Assembly (NCBI GenBank): GCA_951406725.2
Contig: OX597816.1
Location: 52,638,001 to 52,702,000 of the forward strand
Source of the DNA: Octopus vulgaris
Lineage: Eukaryota
Direction of reading: 5' to 3'
Length of the DNA stretch: 64,000 nt
Shown here: one piece after another, positions 12,214 through 24,403 of the stretch
How the letters are laid out: each line of letters starts with the position of its first letter
How positions within the stretch are numbered: position 1 is the first letter of the stretch
Notes under the pieces: generated by a model
What the model saw: the letters and a program-made list of their open reading frames with translations, nothing else
The model's database searches: none
What the model was told of the DNA's origin: nothing
Translations under genes and position numbers: made by a program

Positions 12214-12402
12214 GATGAACTTCTTTCAGTTTCTGTCTACCAAATCCACTCACAAGGCTTTGGTTGCCTTTCATCCTTTCGGGGTCAATTAAATAAGTAC
12301 CAGTTATGCACTGGGGTCAATATAATCGACTTAATCCATTTGTCTGTCCTCGTTTGTCCCCTTTGTGTGTAGCCCCTTGTGGGCAGTAAAGAAATAAGAA
12401 AC
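11030..12402. mobile_element. Composite: minus-strand SINE A split by an insert (11290-12200), then fused to a plus-strand SINE B 3' half
   Basis: Family A tail at 11030-11285 resumes at 12211-12265, then gcctttcatcctttcgggg at 12266. Confidence 0.7.
11290..11880. mobile_element. Unclassified repeat, possibly a Penelope-like terminal fragment
   Basis: Inserted in the (TA)n tract of a SINE; pyrimidine-rich; carries GGATAACTGAAGA (11735), also seen at 45973, and cgaaa motifs. Confidence 0.3.
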
Positions 12403-12740
12403 AGAAACATATTCCTTTTTAGATGTGAACACAAAACTGTGTAACGACCTTCTTTTGCCCCTTGCAGGATTATAGTCAAACGAAACCGAACCCACTTGAG
12501 ATTAATCACAGCATCAAAGGGTTGAAAACAAATAGAAAGAGGACATCAGATGATGGGACGGTTAAAGCTAGAATGCTTTTGATTACAGGTTTGCTCAGTT
12601 AGGGCTGACCTGGGATGAAGCAACAATAAATGTTATCATCATTGAAATGTTTATAGTACATTTCTCATGCTAACAAGAACAAATCCTAGATTAAAGTTGG
12701 TCAAAAATGCTACTCATGCCCAACTAAAATTATTAGAAAA

Positions 12741-13050
12741 TGGTGTGGTTGTATGGTAAGAAGTTTGCGGCAAGCTGGCAGAAACGTTAGCACACTGGAC
12801 AAAGTGATTAGTGGTATTTCATCTGCTATTATGTTCTGAGTTCAAATTCCGCCGAGGTTGACTTTGCTTTTCATCCTTTCGGGGTTGATAAATTAAGTAC
12901 CAGTTACACACTGGGGTCATTGTAATCGACTTAATCCGTTTGTCTGTCCTTTTTTGTCCCCTTTATGTTTAACCCCTTGTGTGCAATAAAAAAAAAAAGT
13001 TTGCTTCCCAATCACATGATTTTAGACTCAGTCTCATTGTGTGGTGCCGA
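12741..13050 (+). mobile_element. SINE B (12769-12998) inserted in the head of an old SINE A
   Basis: TSD aagaagtttgc / aaaaagtttgc. Confidence 0.8.
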
Positions 13051-14084
13051 GGGCTAGTGTTTTAATGATGATGTTGCTGATGATTATGATGATGGTGATG
13101 GTGGTGGTGGTGATGGAGTTTGTAATGATGATGATGATGATGATATTATTTAAGTTCTCACCATCCCATCACTCTACATCAAAACTGCACCACTATTTTG
13201 TGAAGTACCCAGAAGTTACCGTCATTTGACTTAGTCACTAAAATTAGTAATGAAATCAAATATGTAATAAAGTTATCTCATAAATTGCCTGGTGAACTAT
13301 TGATTCTGTTGGCAGAATGGGGAGAAAAAAATCAATTTATTTTTAATAACTGAAGGTTAATATGGCTTTGGACATTGGCTGAATTTTTAGTAGCATAGAG
13401 CTAAATATTTTATAACTAAATCTCCAGTCTAGCTAAAACTATGAATGTAAAAGGTCTTTCTAAAAGAATGAGCACCATTGTTGATTTTGATCTCAAACTT
13501 GAGCTGAAGTTCAGAGGACAAGAGAAAAAAACAAACCTTTAATGGGAATTAGTGCTAAGGTCTTGGTTTGCATTGGTTTATGTTGAATTAATGTTATTTT
13601 GGAAAATTAATTATTACTTTAGTGTCTGAAACTGAAGATACTTCAAAATCAAATTTAAATGTGAAAGTTGTGGGTCCATTTTTGCTTAATCTGAAAAGTA
13701 AAAAAAAAACAAAAAACAAAATTCACTCATAATCCTTCTGAGGTTGCTGACTGTAAGGAGGGAAGGGAAGTTGCTATCTTCAGAAGAGAGACCTAGCCCA
13801 AATGTTTACAAAAGAATGGACTGTGCTAAATGTGCCAGGAATCAACTAGTGGTTTTAAACAAGGCAACAGACGTTTAGTTACCAAAGGACAAATATGATG
13901 CCTCTAATAGAGTTACAGACAGTTTCCATTTAACAACTTTTACTCAAGGCTTTTGTTGACCTGAGGCAGTAATGACATTTTTCCAAAGTGCCACATAATA
14001 GAATCAGATGCAAAACTCTACAGTTGTGAAGTCTGAAAGTAAAGAATCCATTTAATCTTATCACATATTTAATGTCAAATATAT

Positions 14085-14590
14085 CTGAGCAGTAAGACAA
14101 AGATAAGAGTGCTCAGGTGTCTGGTCCTTCATGTTTTGCTTTACAGTTGTGAAAATTGGACACTGTCTGGAACCCTTTGGGGCCACTGGAATTTCTTTGG
14201 TACCAGGACACTTTGCAGGATTATGAGTTACCATTGGTTGGATTTCGTATCCAACATAGAATTATACTCAGAAACCAAGAATTATACAGGATGTGTCCTG
14301 CAACTTGTATGGTTTAGGAGCATCTGCTCTGACCATATGGTCATGATGCTTGATTTTCTGAACTGCATCCTGCATACCATTTTCTCTTCTCTTAAGATTT
14401 GGCTGGAGTGATGGCTTGTGTTGGTTGGTCATATGCTTTGTAGTTCTGGTTGATGAAAGAGTATTTCAGGGAGATGGGAACTGACTTTGTCATGGCTTGG
14501 AGAGTTGGCTGAAGTAACCCAAGTAGATACAAACAAATGGTAGATGCTGTGATGCACTGCAATGGTGCATGCACCCATAACTAATCTGAT
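14085..14590 (+). mobile_element. Degenerate RTE-clade LINE 3' end
   Basis: TKIRVLRCLVLHVLLYSCENWTL...LCRIMSYHWLDFVSN resembles the RTE post-RT motif LLYGCETWTL...LRRI...W.D.VSN. Confidence 0.8.
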
Positions 14591-14769
14591 ATATTTAAAA
14601 TGTGTGTATCTTGGTTCTCAAATAGGTACATCACACCCCTATGTGTCATAAGAGCAAAAAGTATCAGTAAAACTAAAGGCATCTGACCAAAAAACACAGC
14701 TCTAGAAAAACTGTTTAAACTATGGCAGCATGGAAAAGTGGATATCGAATGCTGATTTTCTTTTTCTTT

Positions 14770-14945
14770 CATTCTTTTACTTGTTTCAGTCATTTGACCC
14801 CAGGATTTATTCTCTGGAAGACTAGTGCTTATTCTATTGGTCATTTTCACTGAACCTCTATTTTAAGGGGACATGAACACACCAGCATCGGTTGTCAAGC
14901 AATGGTAGGAGGACAAACACACACAAGTATATATGTATAAACACA
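14770..14945 (-). mobile_element. SINE family A, partial
   Basis: cttttacttgtttcagtcatttgac...acaccagcatcggttgtcaagc. Confidence 0.7.
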
Positions 14946-15169
14946 AAACCACATTGCTGTCTACTTTTGCAACTTACAGGGATAGAGTCAAATGAAATAA
15001 TACTTGCTAAAGTGTGTTCATGGCTCAAAGATTTAAGATGATGAGGTTCTTTAATTTGAGAGAATTTGGTTGTTATTTTATTCCTAGTAGGTACAACAAT
15101 CATATTGTGGCACTCTGGCTGGGGAGAACAAACTTGATTGATCACATGTTCGTTGAGGAATATTTTTCT

Positions 15170-15327
15170 TAGGAGTGGCTGTGTGGTAAGTAGCATGCTT
15201 GCGAACTTCATGGTTCTGGGTTCAGTCCCACTGTGTGGCACCTTGGGCTAGTATTTTCTACTATAGCCTCGGGCCAACCAAAGCCTTGTGAGCGGATTTG
15301 GTAGACGGAAACTGAAAGAAGCCCGTC

Positions 15328-15376
<49 letters not shown>

Positions 15377-15592
15377 TGTGTGTGCGTGTTTGTGCCCCCA
15401 GCATCACTTGACAACTGATGCTGGTGTGTTTACATCCCCGTAACTTAGCGGTTCAGCAAACGAGACCGAGAGAATAAGTACAAGGCTTACAAAGAATAAG
15501 TCCTGGGGTCGATGTGCTCGACTAAAGGCGGTGCTCCAGCATGGCCACAATCAAATGACTGAAACAAGCAAAAGAGAAAGAGTAAAGAGTAG
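15170..15592 (+). mobile_element. SINE family A, full length
   Basis: ggagtggctgtgtggtaag (A box), ggttcagtccc (B box), central (TG)n, tail gactgaaacaag...gagtaaagag. Confidence 0.9.
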
Positions 15593-16602
15593 AACCTCAA
15601 AAATGTGATAGTGAAGCTTCTGCAATTCGTTTTTGCCTTTTATTTGAGGGCTGCTGGTTTGTTTTGTTATTGTTTTGTTTTGATTTGTTGTTTTTTTTTA
15701 AACTTCATTTCTTTGTGGCTAAAGAAATCGTTAAATATGATAGTGGAAATAGTGGTAACAGATATTGATAAAGAGAGAGTTTTTAAAAAAGACAAATTAC
15801 TAAAAGCTGACAAGGGAAGATAAACACAAAAATCTAATTAGCTAAAGAATCCTCTTCATGCAGACATTTGCTATTCTAAGTAGAATTGTTTTTAGAGGTA
15901 TTTCTCTAGATTTTTTCTCTCTCTTTCTGTATTTTTGCCATTAGTATTTAACAAACTGGTTATTCATTAAATGATATTACTATTCAACACAGGGAAGATA
16001 CAATTCTAGAAAATTTGATTTAAAATGAAATAGAACAATACAGGGGGATAGAAAATAGTATAAAAGAAAAACAATTAAAAAGCAAAAAAAAAAAAAACAC
16101 AAAAAAAACCCCATTAAATTAAATAAATGGCAAAAGTCTGCCAGTCTGAATATCATACATATTTAAAGAATTAATGAAAATAGTAAAAATAAAAGAAGGG
16201 AAAAGCAAAGCAGACCATACTAAAGGCTGTAACAACTACTTAAAGGGAACCCACAAATGCAACTGACTCCATAACAACCCAATAAAATGCAATAAACCAC
16301 ACAGCATTAAAACAGTAAAAGGAATTATCACAACCATTATAGTGTTTTTATACACACCCAGACACATACACACTCCCACATACACATACATTCACGCACA
16401 CCTATGTGCACACTCACACATACACACATGGTCATGAATATATACACAGTCATGTTATGAGCCAACAGAGGGAACATTTTTTTGTAGTCATTCAAAATGC
16501 ATGAAATAGCAGCCAAATCTCCATCCAAATCATTCACCCTACATACAGTCCTGGAGAGGAGACAGAGCACTGGAATAACATTGTCCAAAATATACACAAA
16601 TA

Positions 16603-16840
16603 AGGCAGCGAGCTGGCAGAAATGTTAGCACATTGGGCGAAGTGTTTAGCAGTATTTCGTCTGCCATTACGTTCCGAGTTCAAATCCCACTGAGATCAGC
16701 TTTGTCTTTCATCCTTTCAGGGTCAATAAATTAAGTACCAGTTACGCACTGGGGTCGATGTAATCAACTTAATCCTTTTGTCTGTCCTTGTTTGTCCTCT
16801 GTATGTTTAGCCCCTTGTGGGCAATAAAAAAATAAGAAAT
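16603..16840 (+). mobile_element. SINE family B with exact 14-bp TSD, inside a family F remnant
   Basis: aaatatacacaaat on both sides. Confidence 0.85.
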
Positions 16841-17345
16841 AAATATACACAAATGTTGTGATGGTCATGGTTGAAATACCTTTTGCTCATTGGTATTCTT
16901 TACCAGGATTGTCTTAAAGCTAAACAGTAGCTATAAGACTTACATCTTTATTACTTTTGCATAATCACATTCAAACATTTCTTTTACCAAATGTGATCCA
17001 CTTTTAGAAAATGATGGCATGTGGCCTAGTGGAAAGGGTGTTGGACTCATAAATATTAGGCTGTGAGTTCAATTCTTGGATAAGACAGTGTGCTGTGTCA
17101 TTGAGTCAGACCCTGAATATCACAATGCTCCAGTACTCAGATCCCAAAAGAATGAAAGGCAAGGTTGACCTTGGTGGAATTTGAACTCAGAACATAAAGA
17201 CGGACAAAATGCTACTAAGCATTTTGCACGGTGTGCTAACAATTCTGCCAGTTTATAATAATAATTATAATAATAATAATAATGCTTGCTGGTGTAGGCA
17301 CAGGGCACGAAATTTGGGGTGGGGTATGGAAGAGGGGGGAATATG

Positions 17346-17515
17346 GAGGAGGGGGTGGAGGAGGAGGAGGAGGAGGAGGAGGAGGAGGAGGAGGAGAAGA
17401 AGAAGAAGAAGAAGAAGAAGAAGAAGAAGAAGAAGAAGAAGAAGAAGAAGAAGAAGAAGAAGAAGAAGAAGAAGAAGAAGAAGAAGAAGAAGAAGAAGAA
17501 GAAGAAGAAGAAGAA
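17346..17515. repeat. Compound (GGA)n(GAA)n microsatellite
   Basis: Directly visible. Confidence 0.95.
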
Positions 17516-18494
17516 TTCAAGCAGTGAAATCAATTTTATGCCATGAAGTAAAAGTCTGATGGATAAGAAATTATATATACAGAATTGCAACCAAAAATAT
17601 AATTATGGAAAAAATAACAAGGAATATAATATTATTTGAATATAGAATTTGACTAAAAAATACTTTATGATTGCTGGCTTTAGAAATGAGTAGTTCACAT
17701 AAATATACTTAGAATGGTTATGAGATATGTGAATCTGATAGTTAAAAAAAGAATACATAATTTTAATCTGTAGTGAGATGGTTATCTAAGAATATCAATT
17801 TTTCAATCAAGTTAATTTTGAAAAAGATGAAATGGAAACTTAGTCATACATAGAGAAGAAAAAAAAAAAAAAGAGAGAAAATTACAGAATATTTTATAAA
17901 AATAAAACATTGAAGTTCTTGAGATATCATTGGCTCCATGGCAGGATAGAATTGAATAGATTAATAGTTGTGGAAGAAAAGAAAATATTGAAGGAATTAT
18001 GGGTAAATAAAATATTAAAAATTTGATCATTTAACAATGAGCTTTCTTGTTGGAAACTAAAACTGTAGAATATTAAGAAAATTTATAAGAGCAGTAGACG
18101 ATATAACTTAGTAGACAGATATGCTATGGATATGCTATGGATACAATCTTAACCTAGCCTGGAGTTCATGATCAGATTTTTTTTTCCCCTACTCATTATT
18201 TAAGTATCCATCTATGTACATTTATGTATATGGATATATAAGCAGATATATGCATAGAAATAAATGCATGCATTCACATTCATCTCACAAACCAACTACA
18301 TTCACATTCATCTCCCACGCTAATATTAATATTAATTCAAAGCTACATCCATATATGGAGAAGATAAGCATAATTGAGTGATGTTTCACCAAAATAAATA
18401 AAGACAAAGAAAGCAACACAAAATCTCCTACACCTAAAAAAAAAGAAGGAAAGAAAGAAGAAAAATGTTTCTAATGAATTAATGCACTGCACTA

Positions 18495-18903
18495 AGGCAT
18501 AGGAGTGGCTGTGTGGTAGTAGCTTGCTTACAAACCACATGGTTCCAGGTTCAGTCCCACTGCATGACACCTTGGGCAAGTGTCTTTTATTATAGCCTCA
18601 GGCCAACCAAAGCCTTGTGAGTGGATTTGGTAGACGGAAACTGAAAGAAGCCTGTCGTATATATGCATAGCTATATATGTATGTGTATATGTTTGTTTGT
18701 CAGTGTTTGTCCTGTCCCGCCCCCACATCGCTTGTCAATCGATGCTGGTGTGTTTACATCCCCGTAACTTTGCGGTTTGGCAAAAGAGACCGATAGAATA
18801 AGTACTAGGCTTACAAAGAATAAGTCCTGGGGTCGATTTGCTCAACTAAAGGTGGTGCTCCAGCATGGGTACAGTCAAATGACTGAAAAGAGTAAAAGAG
18901 TAC
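18495..18903 (+). mobile_element. SINE family A, full length
   Basis: Same head, body and tail as the 15170 copy. Confidence 0.9.
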
Positions 18904-19231
18904 AATTCTAGATTATTAAAATTAGAAATAGGTAATGCAACAAGAGGGAAGATAGTATGAAATTTAGCAGCCACGGTGGTAACTCTAGATTTGTGTAACA
19001 ACCATCACATGATTATTAATATAATCACATGACACTTGCAAATTTAAACATTATATCTAATTTGCACTTCAAATATAGCAGAGAGCTTTCTGCACACTAT
19101 TATTGCATAATAGAAACAAACTATCTTTCCTGCCAAATATAATTTTACAAATTTTTTACAAGTAGTTCTGAGCTTGATGCCAGCTTGACTCTTTTACATT
19201 CAGATTACACTGTCAAAATGTAGTGCTTATT

Positions 19232-21513
19232 GAAGCGGTTATCAATTGCACTACGGAGGAACCTCTAGGTGACTCTGATCATGCTATGATCATCGCCAAT
19301 CTGGCTCTTGCGGGCAACAAAAACCTGAACCATCTCCAATCTGCTTCCTTCGATTGGAAGAGAGCAGATTGGAACCTGTACCACACTGAACTACAGCACC
19401 CAAACTGGCGTGAATTCTACAACTCTGGAGATGTGAATACTATACTCCAGAGTATCCTGGACTCAATATGGGCAGCATGTGCAGCATCAGTGCCACGTAA
19501 ACAAAAAAAGAAGAACCGCCCCAAAAGGGCAATTTGGGAAACTTCAGCGGTCCGACTTGCCAGGAGGGAACGTCGGACTGCTGAACGGGAATACAGGTTG
19601 CATAAATCAGACACCAACAGGAAGAAGCGGAATAAATCCTCCAACCATCTGAAGCAAGTGACAAAAAAAGCAGTGCTTGAATTTGAACAGTGCATAGCAG
19701 CCAATCCTGACAGCAAGGTTTTCTGGAAATATGTGCACTCAAAGCAGAGACCTCACTCTCCAGTGGGCCCTCTTCGCAACCCTCACACAAACCAGATCAC
19801 TGACGACCCCAAGGAATGCGCAGAACTCATTGCCGAGTGCTATGCAAACATATTCACTGTTGAAAGTCAAAATGTACCATCTTCACCATCACTAACAGCA
19901 AACTCCATAACAACTATGGAATTTACACCTGCAATGCTGCGACGTCACCTTCAAAATAAGCGCAACTATGCCTCCCCTGGTCTCGATGGAGTTACATACC
20001 TGCTTCTCAAACGTGGCAGGCACTTCCTTTTACACCAGCTTTCTATTTTCTTCCAGTACTGTCTCAACAATGGTGCTACTCCGGAGCAGTGGAAAACTGC
20101 CAGTGTCATTCCTCTGTTCAAAAAGGGCGACCGCACATCACCTGTCAACTATCGCCCAGTCAGTCTCACTAGCTGTATTGCAAAACTGATGGAATCGTGT
20201 GTCAGAGAAACACTCTGGAACTTCTGGAGCTCTCACAGTCTCATCCGACCCTCACAATATGGATTTGTCCCTAACTCCAGCTGCAGTGACCAGCTTGTCG
20301 AGTTCCTTGAGGACATTACTCAGATTACTGACAGTGGCTCATGGGTGGATGTTGTCTACCTTGACTTTGCTAAGGCTTTCAACTCTGTGCCACACAAAAG
20401 GCTTATGGTGAAACTCTCTGCAATGGGTGTGGGGGATGACCTTTTTAACTGGTTGAAATCCTTCATCCTCAGCCGAAAGGAGGTAGTCACAGTTCTAGGA
20501 CAGCACTCTACACCATATGAGATGTCATCGGGTGTACCACAGGGATCTGTCCTTGGCCCCCTCTTGTTTGTGGCATACATTAACGACATAGATGCCAATT
20601 TAAAGAATGCCACAGTATTGAAATATGCAGACGACATCAAGCTGTACCTTGAAATCAAGAGGACAGATCCTGATGTCTACAACTCTTTCCTGCAATCAGA
20701 CCTAGACACAATGCAGCAATGGATCACAGACTGGCAACTGAAACTGGCTGTGGACAAGTGTACCACCATGCATTTTGGGAGAAAAAACCCTGCGTTCACA
20801 TACTCCCTCCACAACACTGATATCAAGAAATCCTCTTGCGAGCGTGACCTAGGCATCACTGTCAGCAGTGATTTGCGTTGGTCAAAGCATATCTCTAAGA
20901 TTGTCAGGAAGGCCGAGGGTGTCTTGGCATCACTCAGCAGGTCTTTTGTTAGCCGCTCTCCAGCCATCTATTTAAAACTGTATACAGCTATGGTACGACC
21001 ACACTTGGAATTCGCATCATCAGTTTGGAACCCCTATCTTGCACAGAACATTGACCTCCTGGAATCTGTCCAGAGACGTGCAACCAAACGCATACCCTCC
21101 ATCAGACACCTACCATATTCTGAGCGCCTTGTTTCCCTGGGCATGGATTCACTGAAGCTCCGGCGTTTGGCGACGGACTTGGTAAACACCCACAAAGTTA
21201 TCAACCACCTCACCAACAACAACACTGAACACCTTTTTGATCTCCATGTGTCTAACACACGTGGACATGCCTACAAAGTCAGAAAACAATACAGCTCCCA
21301 TGACTTTCGGAAACATTTTTTCACGCTCAGAGTTGCTGAAGCATGGAATAAACTGCCTGCGTCAGTTGTTGACTGCCATGACCCTGCATCTTTTAAGGCC
21401 CTCATGCTTTCCGAAATCCGCCGAAACTTCACCTGATTATATATACACTTTAGATGAGTTGTAGTGCACCTGAGCACTGTACACAATTATTATTATTATT
21501 ATTATTATTATTA
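19232..21513 (+). mobile_element. 5'-truncated CR1/L2-group LINE with uninterrupted ORF2 (APE C-terminus plus RT)
   Basis: ORF 19223-21436: GDSDH, NYRPVSLTS, QYGF, YLDFAKAFNSVPH, SGVPQGSVLGPLLF, KYADD, ERDLGI, VRPHLEF, LESVQRRATK, FFTLRV..WNKLP; short 3' UTR and (ATT)n tail. Confidence 0.95.
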
Positions 21514-21906
21514 CTTGTTTCAGTCATTTTGACTGTGGCCATGCTGGAGCACTGCCTTTAGTCAAGCAAATCGACCCCAGGACTTATTCTTTGTAAGCCT
21601 AGTACTTATTCTATCGGTCTCTTTTGCCAAACGACTAAGTTACGGGGATGTAAACACACCAGCATCAGTTGTCAAGCGATGTTGGGGGGACAAACACAGA
21701 CACACAAACATACACACACATACATATATATATACATATATACGACGGGCTTCTTTCAGTTTCCGTCTACCAAATCCACTCACAAGGCTTTGGTCGGCCC
21801 GAGGCTATAGCAGAAGACACTTGTCCAAGGTGCCATGCAGTGGGACTGAACCCAGAACCATGTGGTTGGTAAGCAAGCTACTTACCACACATTCACTCCT
21901 ACGCCT
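21511..21906 (-). mobile_element. SINE family A, full length
   Basis: Reverse complement of family A. Confidence 0.9.
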
Positions 21907-22197
21907 GTTTTCAGTTGATCATGCATTATTTCATAGCTTCAAGACTTTAATGATGTGATTATTTAGGGTCAATGTGAGAAACCAGATCTGACCAGTTTGA
22001 ACATAAAACAGGTGGACAATTTTGGCTGGATATGGCCAGTTTAAATATGAATGGTCAAGCAACTACTGTCAGTTTCTGATAACCTGCTACGAAAAATGAT
22101 GTCACTCCAATCACACAAGAATGTTATATAGAAATATATAGACATGCGCACAAACAAACAAAAAGGAATGCAGTGTAAATAACGGACAGAGTCAAGA

Positions 22198-22385
22198 CTA
22201 TTGAAAAGTTTGCAAGGCGCAACGAAAATTTTAGGAAAATAAAAATAAGAAATAAGTGGAAATTTTACCGGTGAGTGTGTTAAATTATAAGGCACAAAAA
22301 GGAAATGACTCTCCCCAGATACAACAGAATATGCTTCAACACACAAACTCATATAAAGAATCTTGCAAACCAAATCCCCAAAAAG
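22198..22385. repeat. Unclassified interspersed repeat (family also at 59420-59810)
   Basis: ttgaaaagtttgcaaggcgcaacgaaaattttagg...aagaatcttgcaaaccaaatcc shared with the 59.4-59.8 kb copies. Confidence 0.8.
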
Positions 22386-22717
22386 AAATATAAGAATTTT
22401 TGCTGATCATTGTCTCATACACTGGCATAGCAATTCCCCAAAACATAACCAATATTTTGACAGTATTATCTTATAGACTTGCATTGCATCAGACCAAATG
22501 TATCATTATGACCTTTTCTTTATATATATATATTTATAAAAAAGAAGTTTGAAAACACCACTATATAAGATAAATCTTAATTTTCTTAGAAATTTTACAT
22601 GTTTCAGTTCTTCTTGAAAAAACCAACCTTATCAAAAATATTTTAAAAAGTCAAGTGTAGCGGTGGTGCCAAATCATGGCCGCGGCCCTCGGGCTAAAAC
22701 ATTTTTAAGGATTTAAG

Positions 22718-22906
22718 GTAATAAAAGAAGTTCATAATTGTTTCTTACTGGTCTCAACAGAATCCACGTGGTGGTGTTTTGTGGGGAGTAAGCATAATAG
22801 CTGTAGATTTAAAGTTAAGTGTAATAAAAAAGTTCATAATTGTTTCTTACTGGTCTCAACAGAATCCATGTGGTTGTTTTTTGTGGGGAGTAAGTTTAAT
22901 AGCTGT
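22718..22906. repeat. Tandem duplication, 103-bp period
   Basis: gtaataaaa...agttcataattgtttcttactggtctcaacagaatcca at 22718 and 22821. Confidence 0.85.
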
Positions 22907-22914
22907 CTTAGTGT

Positions 22915-23756
22915 TCGAATGGTCAGTGAATAAACTGTTGACTAAATTACACAAAAATGAAAAACTGAAAATAACACTGACATTTCATTTTAATAGATAT
23001 ATTTACCAAAATTTAATAAAAATATCTTGAAATACTAAAGAGTAAATTTATTCAATAAAATCGCCATTGGCTTTAATCATGGCCTCCAGACGACTTTTGA
23101 ATTTTCTGCAACTCTGCTGGATGGTCTCTTTGTTTAAGTTGGTGCCATAATCCTTGCCTTCACAACATCTTTGGAATTTTGTTGGTCTCTCGCACAGCTG
23201 CACCCGACACATAGTAATCAAGGGGTTTGCAGCCTGAGGAGTTAGGTAGCCAAATGTTAGGGGTGATGTGGCTGCAGAAATGTCTGACAGCCATGTTTGA
23301 ATTTCTCCTACTCATGTGACATGGCGCAGAGTCCTGTTGCCAGACACAGGGTCTTCCATCAGCCACCCTCTTAACCCCGGACAACACTACCTCCTCCAGG
23401 CACTTGATGTAGGCCTACATGTTGAGTCTGAGGCAGTGTGGAAAGATGAATGGAGGCATAATGTTGCCATCACTAGTGATCACTCCACACGATATTATGT
23501 TGACTAGATGTTTGATTTTTATCACTCTCAGTACATGTTCCCAGATTGCACTGTCCATAGATTGACATCGACATGCCAAATAGTACATGTTGTTTCCAAA
23601 TTTCTGGCAGAGTGAATTGTATCACGGTGTTATTTTTCCTACTGATGGTGCCCAACTGACTCTACTATACTATGTAGTTGACAAAATAAAGAACAAACAA
23701 TGTATATGTATGAAATAAAATATACAAAATGGCAACAATTTACCCATCACACCCTG
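22915..23756 (-). mobile_element. Degenerate Tc1/mariner transposon, maT/DD37D type
   Basis: WQQD-x37-D (WQQDSAPCH...IWLPNSSGCKPLDYYV); right end caccctg|TA. Left end uncertain. Confidence 0.8.
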
Positions 23757-24014
23757 TATATTTGCTTTCAAATTTTTGCACAAGACCGGCAATTTCCAGA
23801 GTGGGATAAGTCGATTACATTAACCCTAATGCTTTTCTAGCATTTATTTTATTGACCCAGAGGTTGAAAGGCAAAGTCAATCTTACAAAGATATTGCCCC
23901 TTCCTGAAATTCATACCATAACATGGAATTTCATAGGACAAAACAATTCTTCTCATTTATTTCTTCGTTACATGGTAATGAATGAGCATAGACATCAATG
24001 GGAAAATACATTTC

Positions 24015-24403
24015 ACGTTACACATAAAAAGCACTATCCAAACGTGGCTGATGCCAGCACCGCCCCGACTGGCTTCTGTGCTGGTGGCACATAAAAAGCA
24101 CCAAAAGCACCATCCGAACGTTGCCAGTGCCGCCTTGGCTGGCTTCCATTCCGCTGGCACGTTAAAAGCTCCAACCGATCGTGGCCAATGCTGGACCGCC
24201 CCCTGGCACCTGTGCAGGTGGCACATAAAAAGCACCCACTACACTCGCGGAGTGGTTGGCGTTAGGAAGGGCATCCAGCCGTAGAAACTCTGCCAGATCA
24301 GACTGGAGCCTGGAGCAGCCCCTGGCTTCCCAGACCCCGGTCGAACTGTCCAACCCGTGCTAGCACGGAAAAAGGACGTTAAACGATGATGATGATGATG
24401 ATG
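24015..24403 (+). mobile_element. SINE family C with internal tandem units of about 65-70 bp and (GAT)n tail
   Basis: Repeated cac(a/g)t(a/t)aaaagc units; gttggcgttaggaagggcatccagcc; ggacgttaaacgatgatg. Confidence 0.8.

Larger units (their letters stand above)
19185..22058. mobile_element. piggyBac-like MITE split by a LINE and a SINE (parts 19185-19231 and 21906-22058)
   Basis: cattcagattacactgtcaaaatgtagtgcttatt and gatcatgcattat...ggatatggccagtttaaat match consecutive parts of the reverse complement of 7216-7451. Confidence 0.7.

Noticed and set aside
15170-15245. tRNA-like sequences at SINE A, B, D and E heads
   Set aside because: A and B boxes are present but run into SINE bodies without complete cloverleafs; not tRNA genes
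19417-21486. Shorter overlapping ORFs within the LINE
   Set aside because: Shadow frames of the RT ORF with no motifs
21669-21872. Recurrent peptide DGLLSVSVYQIHSQGFGWPEAIVEDTCPRCHAVGLN in many ORFs
   Set aside because: Antisense translation of SINE family A, not a protein family
24021-24235. Repeat-spacer pattern resembling a CRISPR array
   Set aside because: The spacers are homologous to each other, the tract is internal to SINE family C (also at 51635), and the DNA is eukaryotic with no cas genes
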